From: Lama glama
Taxonomy: Eukaryota
Length of the DNA stretch: 64,000 nt
Reading direction: 5' to 3'
Assembly (NCBI GenBank): GCA_028534125.1
Contig: CM052842.1
Location: 682,001-746,000, forward strand
Positions 20,601-32,600 of the stretch are shown one piece after another (the first letter of the stretch is position 1; every line of letters begins with the position of its first letter). A program made the position numbers and the translations under genes. A model generated the notes under the pieces. The model did not search any database and was not told where the DNA came from. It was given only the letters and a program-made list of their open reading frames with translations.

Positions 20601-23600
20601 CTAATCCCTTGCTCTGAGGTTAGTAACCCTGGACGACCTCACCTCAAGATTCTTGACTTAATTGCAACCACAAAGACCTTGCTTCCAAAAAAAGTGACAT
20701 TCTTGGTTCTAAGGATTTGGAGGTAGACGAGTATTTTTGGAGCCACCATTGAACCCAATGCAGTCTGCCCTTTGGCCCCCTAAAATTCATGTCTGTCATG
20801 TGCAAGATACATTCACCCCATCCCCAGCATCCCCAAAGTCTTGATCCATTACTGCAAGGAAGCTAAGTCCAAAATCTCACCTCAATCTTACCAGTGCCAG
20901 AGCCCCATGTCTCATCTAAATTGTCTAAATCAGGTATAGATGGGACTTTGGGTATTGGCCCACCCTGGGGCAAAATTTCTCTCCATTTGTGGGCTTGAGA
21001 ACCAGAAAGCACATTCTGTACTTCCGAAACGCAATGGTGGGACAGGCATAGACAGACACCCCCATTCCGAAAGGGGGAAATGGAAGGAAATAAGCAGGCC
21101 GACAGCCCCGAGCGAGCTGGAGGCCCAGCAGGGCGGCTTCCGTTGAGTCAAGGGCCTCAGCGCAGCTCTGTGGCTGTACAGCTTCGCTCTTCCAGCCTCG
21201 GCCTCTGCGCCCATGGCTCCGTGCTGGGGCCAAAGCTCTGCCCTTGGAGTCGTTCTCCCTAATTGTCTGGGCAGGTAACATGTGCCTGAAGCTCTGTTCC
21301 CCCATTTCCTGCATGTAGAGCCCCAGAATTCCAACAGCCCTCCTTCATTTCGTCCTGTGTCTATTCTCTGCCATCCGAGCTGGCAGCGCTTCTGCTGATC
21401 CTACATTCTCATAAGCCGTGTGGGTCTCCCGTGTGTGCCACAGGAATCTGTGTCATTGGGTAAGAGGTGTCCCTGCACAGCTCTTTGGGATGCACCCTCT
21501 CCAACCCTTATTTATGCTCAGATGGCTGAGCGGGTCTGTGAGTCAGACGCCAAATCTCTTCAGTGGAAGCTTGTCCAGTCACATCGTGGGCTTTCTCTCC
21601 AGAACACGCTTTCCTAACAGTGAGTCTCCCCACATAGCGCCTTCTGCCATCAGAATAGGCTGTGAATCTTCCAGGTCATCACGCTAGTTCCCTTTTTGTT
21701 CAACAGTTCCTTCGACAAGTTACGTCTTTCCTCCTGCACTTTACTGTAAGGAACAGGAAAAACCCAAGTCACACCTTCCACGTTTTCTTGGAAACCTCCT
21801 CAGCTAAAGATCCAGGTTCATCACTGATAAGTCCTGCTTTCCATCCAGCGGTGGAATGCAGTTCAGCCAACGCCTTTAACACCCGCATTTCCACCAGCAG
21901 CCTGTTCAAGGCATTCTAGGCCTTTCCTGTCACACTCCTCAAAATTCTCCAGCCTCTGTCCATTGCCCAGTTCCAAAACCAGTTCCACACTTTCAGATGT
22001 TTGTCCCAATAGCATTCTGCTCCCAGTAACAAAATCTTTATTGACTTCCTGTGTCTGCCAAACAAATGACCACAAACAGGTGGTCTAAAACCACAGAAAT
22101 CTATTCGCTCACAGTCTGGAGGCCAGAAGGCCAAAATCAAGGTGTTGGCATGGCTGTCCTTTCTCTGAAGGCTCTAGAGGGGAGCCGTCCTGCCTCTCCC
22201 AGCCCCTGGCAGTGTTGGTGCTCCTTGGTCTGTGGCTGCATCTCTCCCGTCTCTGCCCCATCTTCACACGGCTTTTCCTCTGGGTATCTCTTCTGTCGCT
22301 CATAAGGACACTCATCGTTATATTTAAGTACCAGCCAGATATTTCAGACGACCTCATCATGACACCCTTAACTTAATCACATCAGCCAAGACCCTATTTC
22401 CAAATAAGGTCACGGTCACAGTTGCCAGGGACTGTATCTTTTGGGGGCCACTGTTCAGGGCAGTCCCTCCAAGTTGCCCTGCCCAGCTTGACTGATGTAA
22501 AACTGCCACATCTTTTTGTCTTGTGCTTGTTGTTTTTAAAAAAATGCGCCATCTTTTATAGTGTAAATTAATTTACTTACAACTTTGTGATTTAGTGTTA
22601 TGGCATATTTTAGATACATGTAACTTCGTTTTACTTAATGTTACAGCAAACACATCTTTCTATGACATTAATTTACAGTATAATATTCTTTTATATGATA
22701 ATCATATCCCACTTAAACTAATCTCCTCTCATGGAACATTAAGTTTATTTTTGTTTTTTTGTTTTGTTTTTGTTTTTTGGTATTGGAAACTGCTACATTG
22801 AACAGCTTTGTACTTGGATCCTTGTGCACCTATGACGGTTGTTAGAAATTAAATTTGTGGGTCAAATAGCATGCAGAATTTAAGCTCTAGCGACACCAAG
22901 GTACCATTTCTCACCTACTAGATTGGCGAAGACCCAGAAGCCTGGATCTCTGGATTGTATTGGTGAAAGTGTGGGAACCAGGCCAATGGAAGTGTCTATC
23001 AGATCTAAGAATGCAGTGTGCGTGTCAGAACAGGGGCGGCTGCCACCCACCCGAGTGCCCACTCCGGTGACAGGCCTCCCAGGGCAGGGGTGGCTGCGCT
23101 CCACGGTGCAGACCTCCGAGTGTGGGGTGATGGAAAACGGAGGGTCTGAACAGCGCGCGTGAGGCATCACTTTTTGTGTTAAAAGAGGGAAAACCAAGAA
23201 TCTTGTTTGTATTTACTTGGTTTTCCATAAAGAAATTCCGCGAGAATAGACAGGAGGCCAGTGCTGACAGTGATTGCCAGACTGTGTGTCAGGGCGGGGA
23301 GAGGAACTTTTCACTGTCTGCTCAGGGGCTGAGTCAGGTGAATATTTCCTATTCAAACACAGTATTTAAAGAAAGTTTCTAAGATGTGTGCTAGGGGTTA
23401 CAGCAGCACCCGAAAGGGCTCGCTCCCTAACCTGCCCAGCACCCAGTGTTATGGTCTCTAACCAGCGACAGAACCCCGCCGGCCTGAGACACAGTCACGC
23501 GAGGGAGTAGGCGAGGCAATTACTAACCAGGCCGGCGGGCGGCCTGGCGCTGCCTCGGTGCCAGAGGCCGGCTCCTGCCTGGAGGGCGCTGCGGCGGGCA

Positions 23601-26600
23601 CGGGGCCTCGGCGTGGGGGGCGCCTCCTGCCCGCGCGCCTGCGGGGCTTTCTGCACTGAAGCGCTGGCGGATTTTTGTTTGTCTTACTCCCGAGTAGTTT
23701 GTATCTTGCATTGCCAGTGAAGGGTGTTTCCCCATCACATCCTCCTAGCTCCCCGTTAGCCTGTAAGATCTCTCGGGTCTATGAGAAGGGTGCGTGCCAC
23801 CGCCACTTCCCCGAGCTTTTGCTGGTTCTGGTGGGCGACAGCGCAGTTGGTCTGGCGGCCCGGGGGGCAGAGACGAGCGGCTGGGAGCACCCTGCGCGTC
23901 CTGAGCTGTCCCCAGAGCCGTGCTCAGACGGCCCCCTTCCCCCTCACACACCCTGGGTTGACCTCTGTGAAGAAGGCTGAGCCCAGAGGCTGGCCAGGGC
24001 GGGTGTGGGTTTAGGAAGTGTCCCGAGACACCATGCTGAGCCTCACAGCCCTGCCTCCCTACTGTGCCAGGTTCTGTGGGGCCGGTGGGGAGGACCCTGG
24101 AGGGTGTCACCATCGGACTCAGAGGGACGTCTGTTCCCACGTTAACGATGTACCGCCAGCCCTCTGTATCTGAGGACTTTAGCCTCAGATAGAAATGCTT
24201 GGGCGGGAGGATTCCAGACAGTTTCAAAAAGCAAAACTTGAATTTGCCCTGCATGCTCAAAGGCCACTATTCGCATAACATTTACATTATACTTACAACT
24301 ATGTACGCAGCGTTGACGCTGTGCCAGGTTATATGCAAATACTACTCCAGTTCATCTAAGGGACTTGAGCATCCCAGGATTTCGGTATTGCCTGGGGTCT
24401 GAGAACCAGTTCCTCTCAGATACTGAGGGATGTCTGTACTGCCTTTCCTAGTCGCTGGACCACTTCTTAAAAATCAGAAATGCTGGTGGGTTTTTATCCA
24501 CTGAGTTGTCAGCATTTTTGAGATCAACATACCAGTCTTCTCCTTTAATCTGTTGATGAAGTGAACCTCTGTTAACAGAGCTCCCGGGAAGTACCTCATC
24601 CTTGAACTGCAAGACACCTTTGTGTCCAGGCCTGGGGTGCGGGGACGATTAGCAGCGCTCCAGAGGCCCAGACAAGCGTCCCTGCCTTAGAGGGCACTGT
24701 CCTTGCTGGGAGGAAACCACAGGGGTTTGTGCAGCAGGACAAGACAGGACAGGAGGGGACTCGCCCCGGGGCAGCAGGGGTGGCCGCAGGGCTGGGGCAG
24801 GACCTGATGAGTGAGTGAGAGTCCTCGACTGCTTTACACAGAGTCCCTGGAGGCGGAGGGCAGTGCGGTCCTGGAGGGGAAAAGGGTGGCGGTGGGGACC
24901 ACGGGGAGAGGATAGGCTTGAGAGATATCTGGGGGCCTCCCAATGGATGGAACATGGGAGTGGGACGCAGGACCCAGGTCTCCAGGTGACACCTGGTAAC
25001 GGTGCTGTTTTTGACCTGGGCTGCAGCGAGGGAGAGCTGGACAGGGCACCAGAGGGCAACCTGGCCTTCACCAGGACCCCCTGGAGCCAAGGTGGCTCCC
25101 CACCCCGGCCATGTGTTGGACCTGTGTGTGGTGAGGCTGCACAGGGCAACTGTTCTGGCTGAATTCACGCTGTCAGTGCCCAGTGGCTTCCCAGACGGAG
25201 CAATGTTCTACCCTAGCCTGGCAGCTTCCCCAGAGGTCAAGGCTGATGCTGAGCTGAGGCTGAGGGGCAAGGCCTGGTGGTGCAGGGGAGCTGGCCCCGT
25301 GTTCCCATTGCAGGGGGGCTACCTGTCAGAGCGGACATCACCTGTGGGCACGGTCTGTCATGGGGTTTCACTGGGCCTGGACTCCCTGGGTGACTGAGGG
25401 GGCCCTATGTGGAAGGTGTCTGCTGGCAGAGCCTACAGCTTGCTGTCCTGTGTCCCCCGTCCAGGATCACCCAGATCACCTGCCCATCAGGCACTAGTGG
25501 GCTCCAACAGGGCAGCTGCTCCGGGGGCTGGGCATGGGTCTGAAGCTGGGGAGCCCTGGAGGGGAGCACCAGCTTGGAGGCAGGCAAGGCCTTGGGAGCA
25601 GTGGGGCAATCTGAATGGTGGGTGAGGGGTGTAGGGGCAGGGACCCGTCCTAAGGGTCACACCTGCCAGGGCCTCAGGGGGCTTGTGAGGAGGAGGGCTT
25701 TCCCAGACAGATGGACTGGGAAACGGGAAGGCCCTGGCTGTGGTGTGAGGCTGAGCTTGGGTTCCAGGGACCACGAGGGCATGAGATGCCTCCTGGAATT
25801 TGTAGAAAGCTTTGAGACGGTTCTGCCTGGCCCAGGGTGTGAGTCCTTGGCCTGGGTGACCTGACAGGGCCCCAGCTGGGCGTGGGAAAGCTGTGCTGGG
25901 TTAGACCACCTGCCCTCTTGAGGACCCCGGGGTTAGACCTTCTGGGCAGCGAGGCTGTGAAAGCTGAGGTCTGGAGGGAGGGCTGCGGCCTTTGCTTCTC
26001 ATCCACCGGAGCCTCACTGCCCACGTCTCTTGCCCCCAGGCCCTTGTCCATGGTAGTCTGAGGGACCTCCCTGGCCCAGTGTGACCCACCCCCTCTACGG
26101 CTCTGTCTCCAGCCTCCCTCCCCACCTCCTTTGGGATTGGCCAGACTCCTTCTCTGTCTACTTTGGGACTTTGTGTGTGTATCCATCTTCCTTTGCTGTC
26201 TAGCTGCAACCTGTCCTTCCACTCCGCCTTGGCTGCCCTGTCCTCGAGGAAGCCTGCTCTGAGAAGAAACCAGGGAACAGGCTCAGTGTGTCCTGTGGAG
26301 TCTGTTTAGGGGCTGTGGGCCATGCCCACCTCCCAGGCCTCAACTCGTGGCTGCAGTTTGGGGCAGACTGGGCAGGGCAGGCTGAAGGCCTTGTCACTGG
26401 GCCTTCCAGTTGCCACTCCTCCACAAGCCCCTGTTTGCGAGTGGCTGCAAGTGACTGCAGTGGGTGGCCTGATTGAGTGGCCAGTTAAGGGCTTGGGACA
26501 TTCCTTCTCTGTCCTGCATGGTTCTGAAAAGTTAGGAAAAGCCACCTAATTGTGCCTGATCCCTGTGTTACCCCATTACTTGCTTTCTGCTCTCACCTTT

Positions 26601-29600
26601 TCAGTAGCTTAAAATTGGGATCTTATAAAATTCAGTTATATGCAGTTTTAAAACTAGAACAAGCACTGAGTTTTTTGTGCAGGTGAGTTTTCCTGTAGCT
26701 TTTAGATCTGTTTGTTTAACTGTCTATCAGTTTCACTTGAGTTTTTTTTTTTAACAGGGGGAGGTAATTATGTGTATTTATTTATTTTAATGGAGGTAGG
26801 TAGTGGGGATTGAACCCAGGACCTTGTGCATGCTAAGCATGAGCTCTGCCACTGAGCTACACCCTTCCTCCTCTCTTGAGGTTTAATGAGGAAGTGCTGT
26901 TCAGTCACGGGCTGAATTTAGGTTCATCTGGAAGTAGCTAATAAAAAAGTAAATAGGAATTTGGGTGAAAGGAATCCCAAAGTCCTGTGTTAACTTCTCA
27001 CATTACTGTTCACCCCAGGCTTGCAACTGTTCTTTCCTGAGACCTGCCTGTGCCCTAGATGGGTTGAGTCCTGAGAAGGGCAGGGATGGGGTGTGAGGGC
27101 CTCCAGAGCAGCCAGGCCTTGAGCCCATGTGGGGCTGCACCTGCTTCTTTGTTCATCAGGCTGAGCCTGTACCTGTGGGCACTGCTGGCTTCGCCCCTGT
27201 GCCGTCCTAATGTCCTGCCCACAGTCCAGACCTGACACACAGTGGGCCTGCCTGCAGAAAGGTGCGGGTGCCTGAAGGAGGCGGCCTGGCTGGGCAGGGT
27301 GTGGGTCCCAAGAGACCAGGAGGGGCCTTGGGGTGAGGATGAAGAAAGGATTTGGGATGTGGGCCTGGCAGAGACTGAGGCTGTCAGCACAGGGGACTGG
27401 GGTGGAATGGGACGGTCCAGTCCTGGGGCCAACGTGGACGTGGTGTGTGCCAAGGTGTGCGCAAGGTGTGTGCATCTGTTTACGGCTTCCTGTAGCACCA
27501 CGAGTGAGGCAGTGCTGGTCCCACTGGGCAGCGCAGCGCTGACCCTCTACCCAAGGAGCAGGCAGTGGCCAGGAGGCTGATCCTGTCAGCAGTAGAGGTG
27601 GCACTGCAAGGGGACCCTGCAAGGTGCTGGGCCTGGCCAGGTGGTGGCAGGTGGACAGACTGGAAGGTGGAGCCACCAAGACCTGCGGGGCTGGCCATGG
27701 GGATGATGACCACAGAGTGTTGGCCTGAACCACTGGGTGTTAAATGGTGGTGAATCTGCAAATCTGGGAAGACAAGAGCATCCCAAGACAAGCCTGGTGG
27801 GGATTTCCTCAATGGGAGAGGCCGAGGCTGGGGTGACACTGGATGTGTCATCTTGGGAGTCAGGGAGCACAGGGTATCTTTGAGTCACAAGATGGAATGA
27901 GGTGACCCAGAGGAGCATGTGTGTGGAAGAAGGCCCCCAGCTGAGGCAAGAGGCCACAGGGCAGAGACAATGAATGGGGCATGGAAGGTGGGGAAGTGAA
28001 TAGTGGTGAGGAAGGAGCCTCCAGCCTCTGCCCTGGTGGGATCCACCCTCCCTTCTCGCCCAGGGTGCTGGTTGAGGAGGTCTCGGAGAGGCCCAGTCTG
28101 GTGGGTGTCTCCCGCAGGGAGTGAGTAGCCATGGCTTCGAGTTCAGGGAAGCCACGTGCACGAAGCAGCCAGGAGGGAGACCGGTGGGGGGTACTGTGGG
28201 GTGGGGTGGGTCCAGCCTGGTGGCCTGGCAGTCTGGCTGGACTTAGCGGGGTCAGGCGCCAGGGAGAGGGGGTGGGGAAGGATGGGCACTGTGTACCAGG
28301 GACGCGAGCATGCGCTGGCCGGCCTTGCCCTGCGCATCGATCAGCTGAAGCCCCGCCCCGACCGGCAAGGACCGCCCCGCGCCTCCCAGCTCCTCCCCCA
28401 GGCTGCGGCTCTGGCCTGGGCAGTGCAGTGCGGGGCTGCACTCTGCGTGGCGGCCGCCGTGGCCCTCAGTCCGGCGGAGACAGAGACATGGACCCCTCGC
28501 GAGCTATCCAGCATGAGATCAGCTCCCTCAAAGGTGCGGGCTGGGGACGGGCCCCGAGCCGGGGAAGTGTGGGGGCGCGGACCAGGCAGTGACCTCTAGC
28601 TGGGTGCTGGCCTTGCAGGGCAGCGGTCAGGAGCTGCCACCCCAGGGGCAGCTTTGGGAGTGAGGAGTTGGAGCCGCAGAAGACCCCAGGCCCATGCCCC
28701 GCCAGGACTCCACCTGGTGCGGGGTCTGCCCGGGGCTGGCAGGAAGGCGACTCCAGCTGCAGCCCTGCAGCCCTGCAGCGAGTGTCTGCTGCGGCTTCGG
28801 GGGGGCGGGGCGGAAGTGGGAGGGTGCCTCTGGAACCGGTCGGCCCTTTCTCTCCTCTTGGACTCTGCAGAGCCCCCGCCCCGCAGCGTCCAGGGGACGG
28901 GTCAGGGCCTTGGGGATCTCTGCGGGGAGGCGCCAGGCGGGCTGGCCCCGGGCAAGTCCACACTGCGGCTCTTTGTTCTGGGATGGGGGTGCTGGGGGCT
29001 GCCGTAAGGCCCCAACTGGTTGCCCTGGAAACCTGGAGGGGCCTTGAATCTGCGGGAGGGGGCCGCCCTTTCCGCCTGCCCCAGCCCTCCCAGTGCTGAA
29101 TCAGCAGCTGCGGCGGCGGTGCCCGCAGGGTGGGGGCAGGGCATAAAGGGGCGTTCTCCCAGCCCTGGGACCTGGGGGGCGCCCGAACCCGGGGCGCGGG
29201 GTTGGGGGGGGGCTGTGGGATGTGCGCTGGAGCTGGCCTGGCCGGCGGGAACATCTTGCTCCAGGCTCCTCCCTGCTCCTTCCCTCATCCCCCGAGGGCA
29301 GGCTGGGGAGGGAGGAGGATTTCCCCCGGGCCCCGCCCCCTTCCTTGGGCGCCCCAAATTGCAGCCTTCTGCCGGGGATGGCTTGGGGAATGACAGGGCT
29401 GAGTGGGTTGGCCAAAGACTCGTGCAAGCCCGCGCAGGAGGAATAGAGAGCTTAGGTCCCAGTGTTTGAGGGCCCTAGGTGTGGCTTGGAATCCTTTTGG
29501 GAGGGGGACATGCTTTGAGGTCAGACCTGGAAAATGTGCATGAACGTATGGGGCGGCTAGGAGGGAGAGGAGGTCAGTGTGGGGCTGTGAGGCGGGAGGC

Positions 29601-32600
29601 GAGGAGCGCAGGAGGGCTGACGGAAAGGCCAGGAGTGGGCTTTCCGTGGGCACAGGCTGAGAAGGGCCACTGGCCTGAGCTCCGGCCTGAATCCACGACT
29701 GATGTGGTTCCTGAAGCCACAGCCCTGGTAGCCGGCAGGGTCCGCAGGCGCTGCTAGGCTGAGGGGGCGTGGCCGCTGCCCGCTCGCGCAGCCTGCGGTG
29801 CGTTTTCCCTGAGCCGGCGCCCCACCCTCCCGAGCTGGTGTCCCTGGGGGCTGGCTCCCTTCCCGCCCGGCTGGCTGTAGGGGACGAGTGGAGGAAGAGT
29901 GGCGCCGCAGAGGGCTGGCGGGCAGGCTGTGCCTGCAATTTCCTCTGCCACAACTCCGCGTGTGCATGCGTGTGTGCGTGTGTTGGGGGCCGGCTCTGCG
30001 GTGTCATGGCAACGGCCTCATAAACCCGCCCCCACGCGCTGCCTGTTGGCCGCCTGCCCGCCGGCGCCTCCCACTTCAGGATTCCCCCCCTCGCCCCGTC
30101 CTATTTATAATCAGTTCCCGGGTTAGCAGTGCATGGTGGGAATGGGTGTGTCGGCTTGGGGGAGGCGGGAGAACGCGGGTCCAGGTGTGGGTCGGCCCAG
30201 CTGGAAGCAGGAGAGCGGGCTGTTGGATGGGATGGGGAGGCACAGGGTGTCCACGGCTGGAGCCTCATCTGTGAGGGCCTGGGGGTGACTGCTGGGTGTG
30301 GCTGGGCAGGCTCCAGGGTCCTCATGTGGGCCCCTGACCACTTGGGCCCCGACCCCCTCCTGGGGTGGTGCTCCTTTCCTCTGCTTCTGCCCAGCCAGCC
30401 CGCAGGCAGGCTCTCAGGCCGCCCCGGATGGGGCGCCTCGTGGCAGCAGGGGCGCCAGGACCAGGGTGGCAGAGACTTGGTGACTTTGGTTCCCCGTGAC
30501 AGACAAGAGTTTCTGGGCTCCTGCGGGAGCTGGCCTGGGGTGGTGGTGGATGGTGGCCCCACTTAGAGCCCCCCACCCTGTGCCCTACTCAGGGTGCTTG
30601 GGCTTGCAGTGGGCTCCACATTCCTGGGCCACCCTGGATCTGGAGTGGCATGGGAAGTGTTAAATAGCGCCGTCTGGGTCTGGCATTTGGAGGTGGGGGC
30701 TCTGNNNNNNNNNNNNNNNNNNNNNNNNNNNNNNNNNNNNNNNNNNNNNNNNNNNNNNNNNNNNNNNNNNNNNNNNNNNNNNNNNNNNNNNNNNNNNNNN
30801 NNNNGCCTCCTCAGGCCCCTGCCCCCCAAGACCCCAGCTGCCTCCTCAGGCCCCTGCCCCCCAGGACCCCAGCTGCCTCCTCAGACCCCTGCCCCCCAGG
30901 ACCCCAGCTGCTTCCTCAGGCCCCTGCCCCCCAAGACACCAGCTGCCTTCTCAGACCCCTGCCCCCCCAAGACACCAGCTCTCTGCAGACCTCAAGTGCC
31001 CCCTTCTTCCACTCCCCCCCCATGGCCCAGCACCCTCTTCAGGCCCTTGTGAATCCATGGGGCCCTGAGACCACAACCCTGAGTTGGGTTCCCAGTGTAA
31101 GGACCCCCTCCTGCCCTCTGTGCTCTCAGCTTCCCTTCTGCCACCCTCTTAGGTTCTTGGCCCACGGCCACTCCCGTCCCCCTCCGCCTAGTCTTGGGAG
31201 CCTTGAAGGAAGTGTTTAGAAACTGATGTAATTTCTGACGTGGAGCTGCGGGGCCGTGGGGCTGGGAGGGGAGGGGACTGCCTTGGGGGTGGCCGTGGCT
31301 GTGAGGTGCCCCCCAGTCTGTAAGGGGCCCCCTTGGCTGTGGGTGGGAGGGGCCGCCCATGCTGCTGAGTCAGAGGGGGCTGGCCTGGGCGTCCTGAGGG
31401 GAGGGCCGGCAGGAGGCTCCCGCCAGCGGTGGGCAGGCCCAGTGCCGGCAGGAATCCACGGAGCCAGAGAGCCAGGCGCCTGCGAGCCACAAGCCCGGAG
31501 CCCGCGCCCTTGAGCTCAGCACACAGCCTGCCTGCCCCGTCGGCCCTGTTGCACCTTGTGCCGAGGGCACCTCCTTGGGCCTCCTCCCTGTGCCCCGCCC
31601 GCTGCCCTCGACTCACCGGCAGCCATGGTGGCTGGCATGCTCATGCCACTGGACCAGCTGAGGGCCATTTACGAGGTGCTCTTCCGAGAGGGTGTGATGG
31701 TGGCCAAGAAGGACCGGCGGCCCTGCAGCCTGCACCCCCATGTGCCAGGCGTCACCAACCTGCAGGTCATGCGTGCCATGGCCTCCCTGCGGGCACGGGG
31801 CCTGGTTCGGGAGACTTTTGCCTGGCGCCACTTTTACTGGTACCTCACCAACGAGGGCATTGCCCACTTGCGCCAGTACCTGCACCTGCCACCGGAGATC
31901 GTGCCTGCCTCTCTGCAGCGTGTGCGCCGCCCTGTCGCCATGGTGATGCCTGCGCGCCGCACGCCCCACATGCAGGCCATACAGGGTTCCCTGGGATGCC
32001 CGCCCAAGCGGGGGCCATTGCCAGCTGAGGACCCTGCCCGTGAGGAGCGGTGGGTCTACCGCCGGAAGGAGCCTGAGGAGAGGGCATCTGAGTCCCCTGT
32101 GGTGCCCGCCACCACCGCAGGGACTCTGGCGAGGCCTGGCCCGGAGCCTGCCCCAGCCACAGGTAGCTGTGTCCTGGCCCCAGAATGGGGGATGGGAGGG
32201 GCTGCTGGGGCAGGGCGGGGGGGTGTGTGTACCTGGGATTGGTGGGCTGGGGTGGCCGGCGAGTGTGCAAGAGCTTTGCTCCCGCCAGCAGGTGGCGTGC
32301 TCTCTGTCTGGGCGCAGGGCGCTCTGGTCAGTTGATCCACATGGCTCCTCCTCCTGGCTTGAGGACCTTGGGGTGGGTAGGCCAAGGAGGAGCCCATCGT
32401 CAGGCACACCCCGGGGCTAGGGGTGGGGCTTGCAGTGCCTGGACTGGCAGGACCAGCTGTTAGCACAGCCCTGCCCCGCACCAGCTGGGCCCTCTCCCAG
32501 CGCTGCCCGCATCCTGTGCCCTGCTTACCCCTCTCCCTGCCCCAGTGACTTGTCTGCCCTGAGGCCCTCTCTGCTTGAGGTGGGAGCCTGCAGAGGAGGT

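Noticed and set aside
26790-26870. tRNA-like sequence with A and B boxes
   Set aside because: Followed by a SINE body and poly(A) with a flanking direct repeat; a SINE, not a tRNA gene.
30806-30981. Regular 35-bp repeats resembling a CRISPR array
   Set aside because: Head-to-tail with no unique spacers, in a mammalian genome; a minisatellite.
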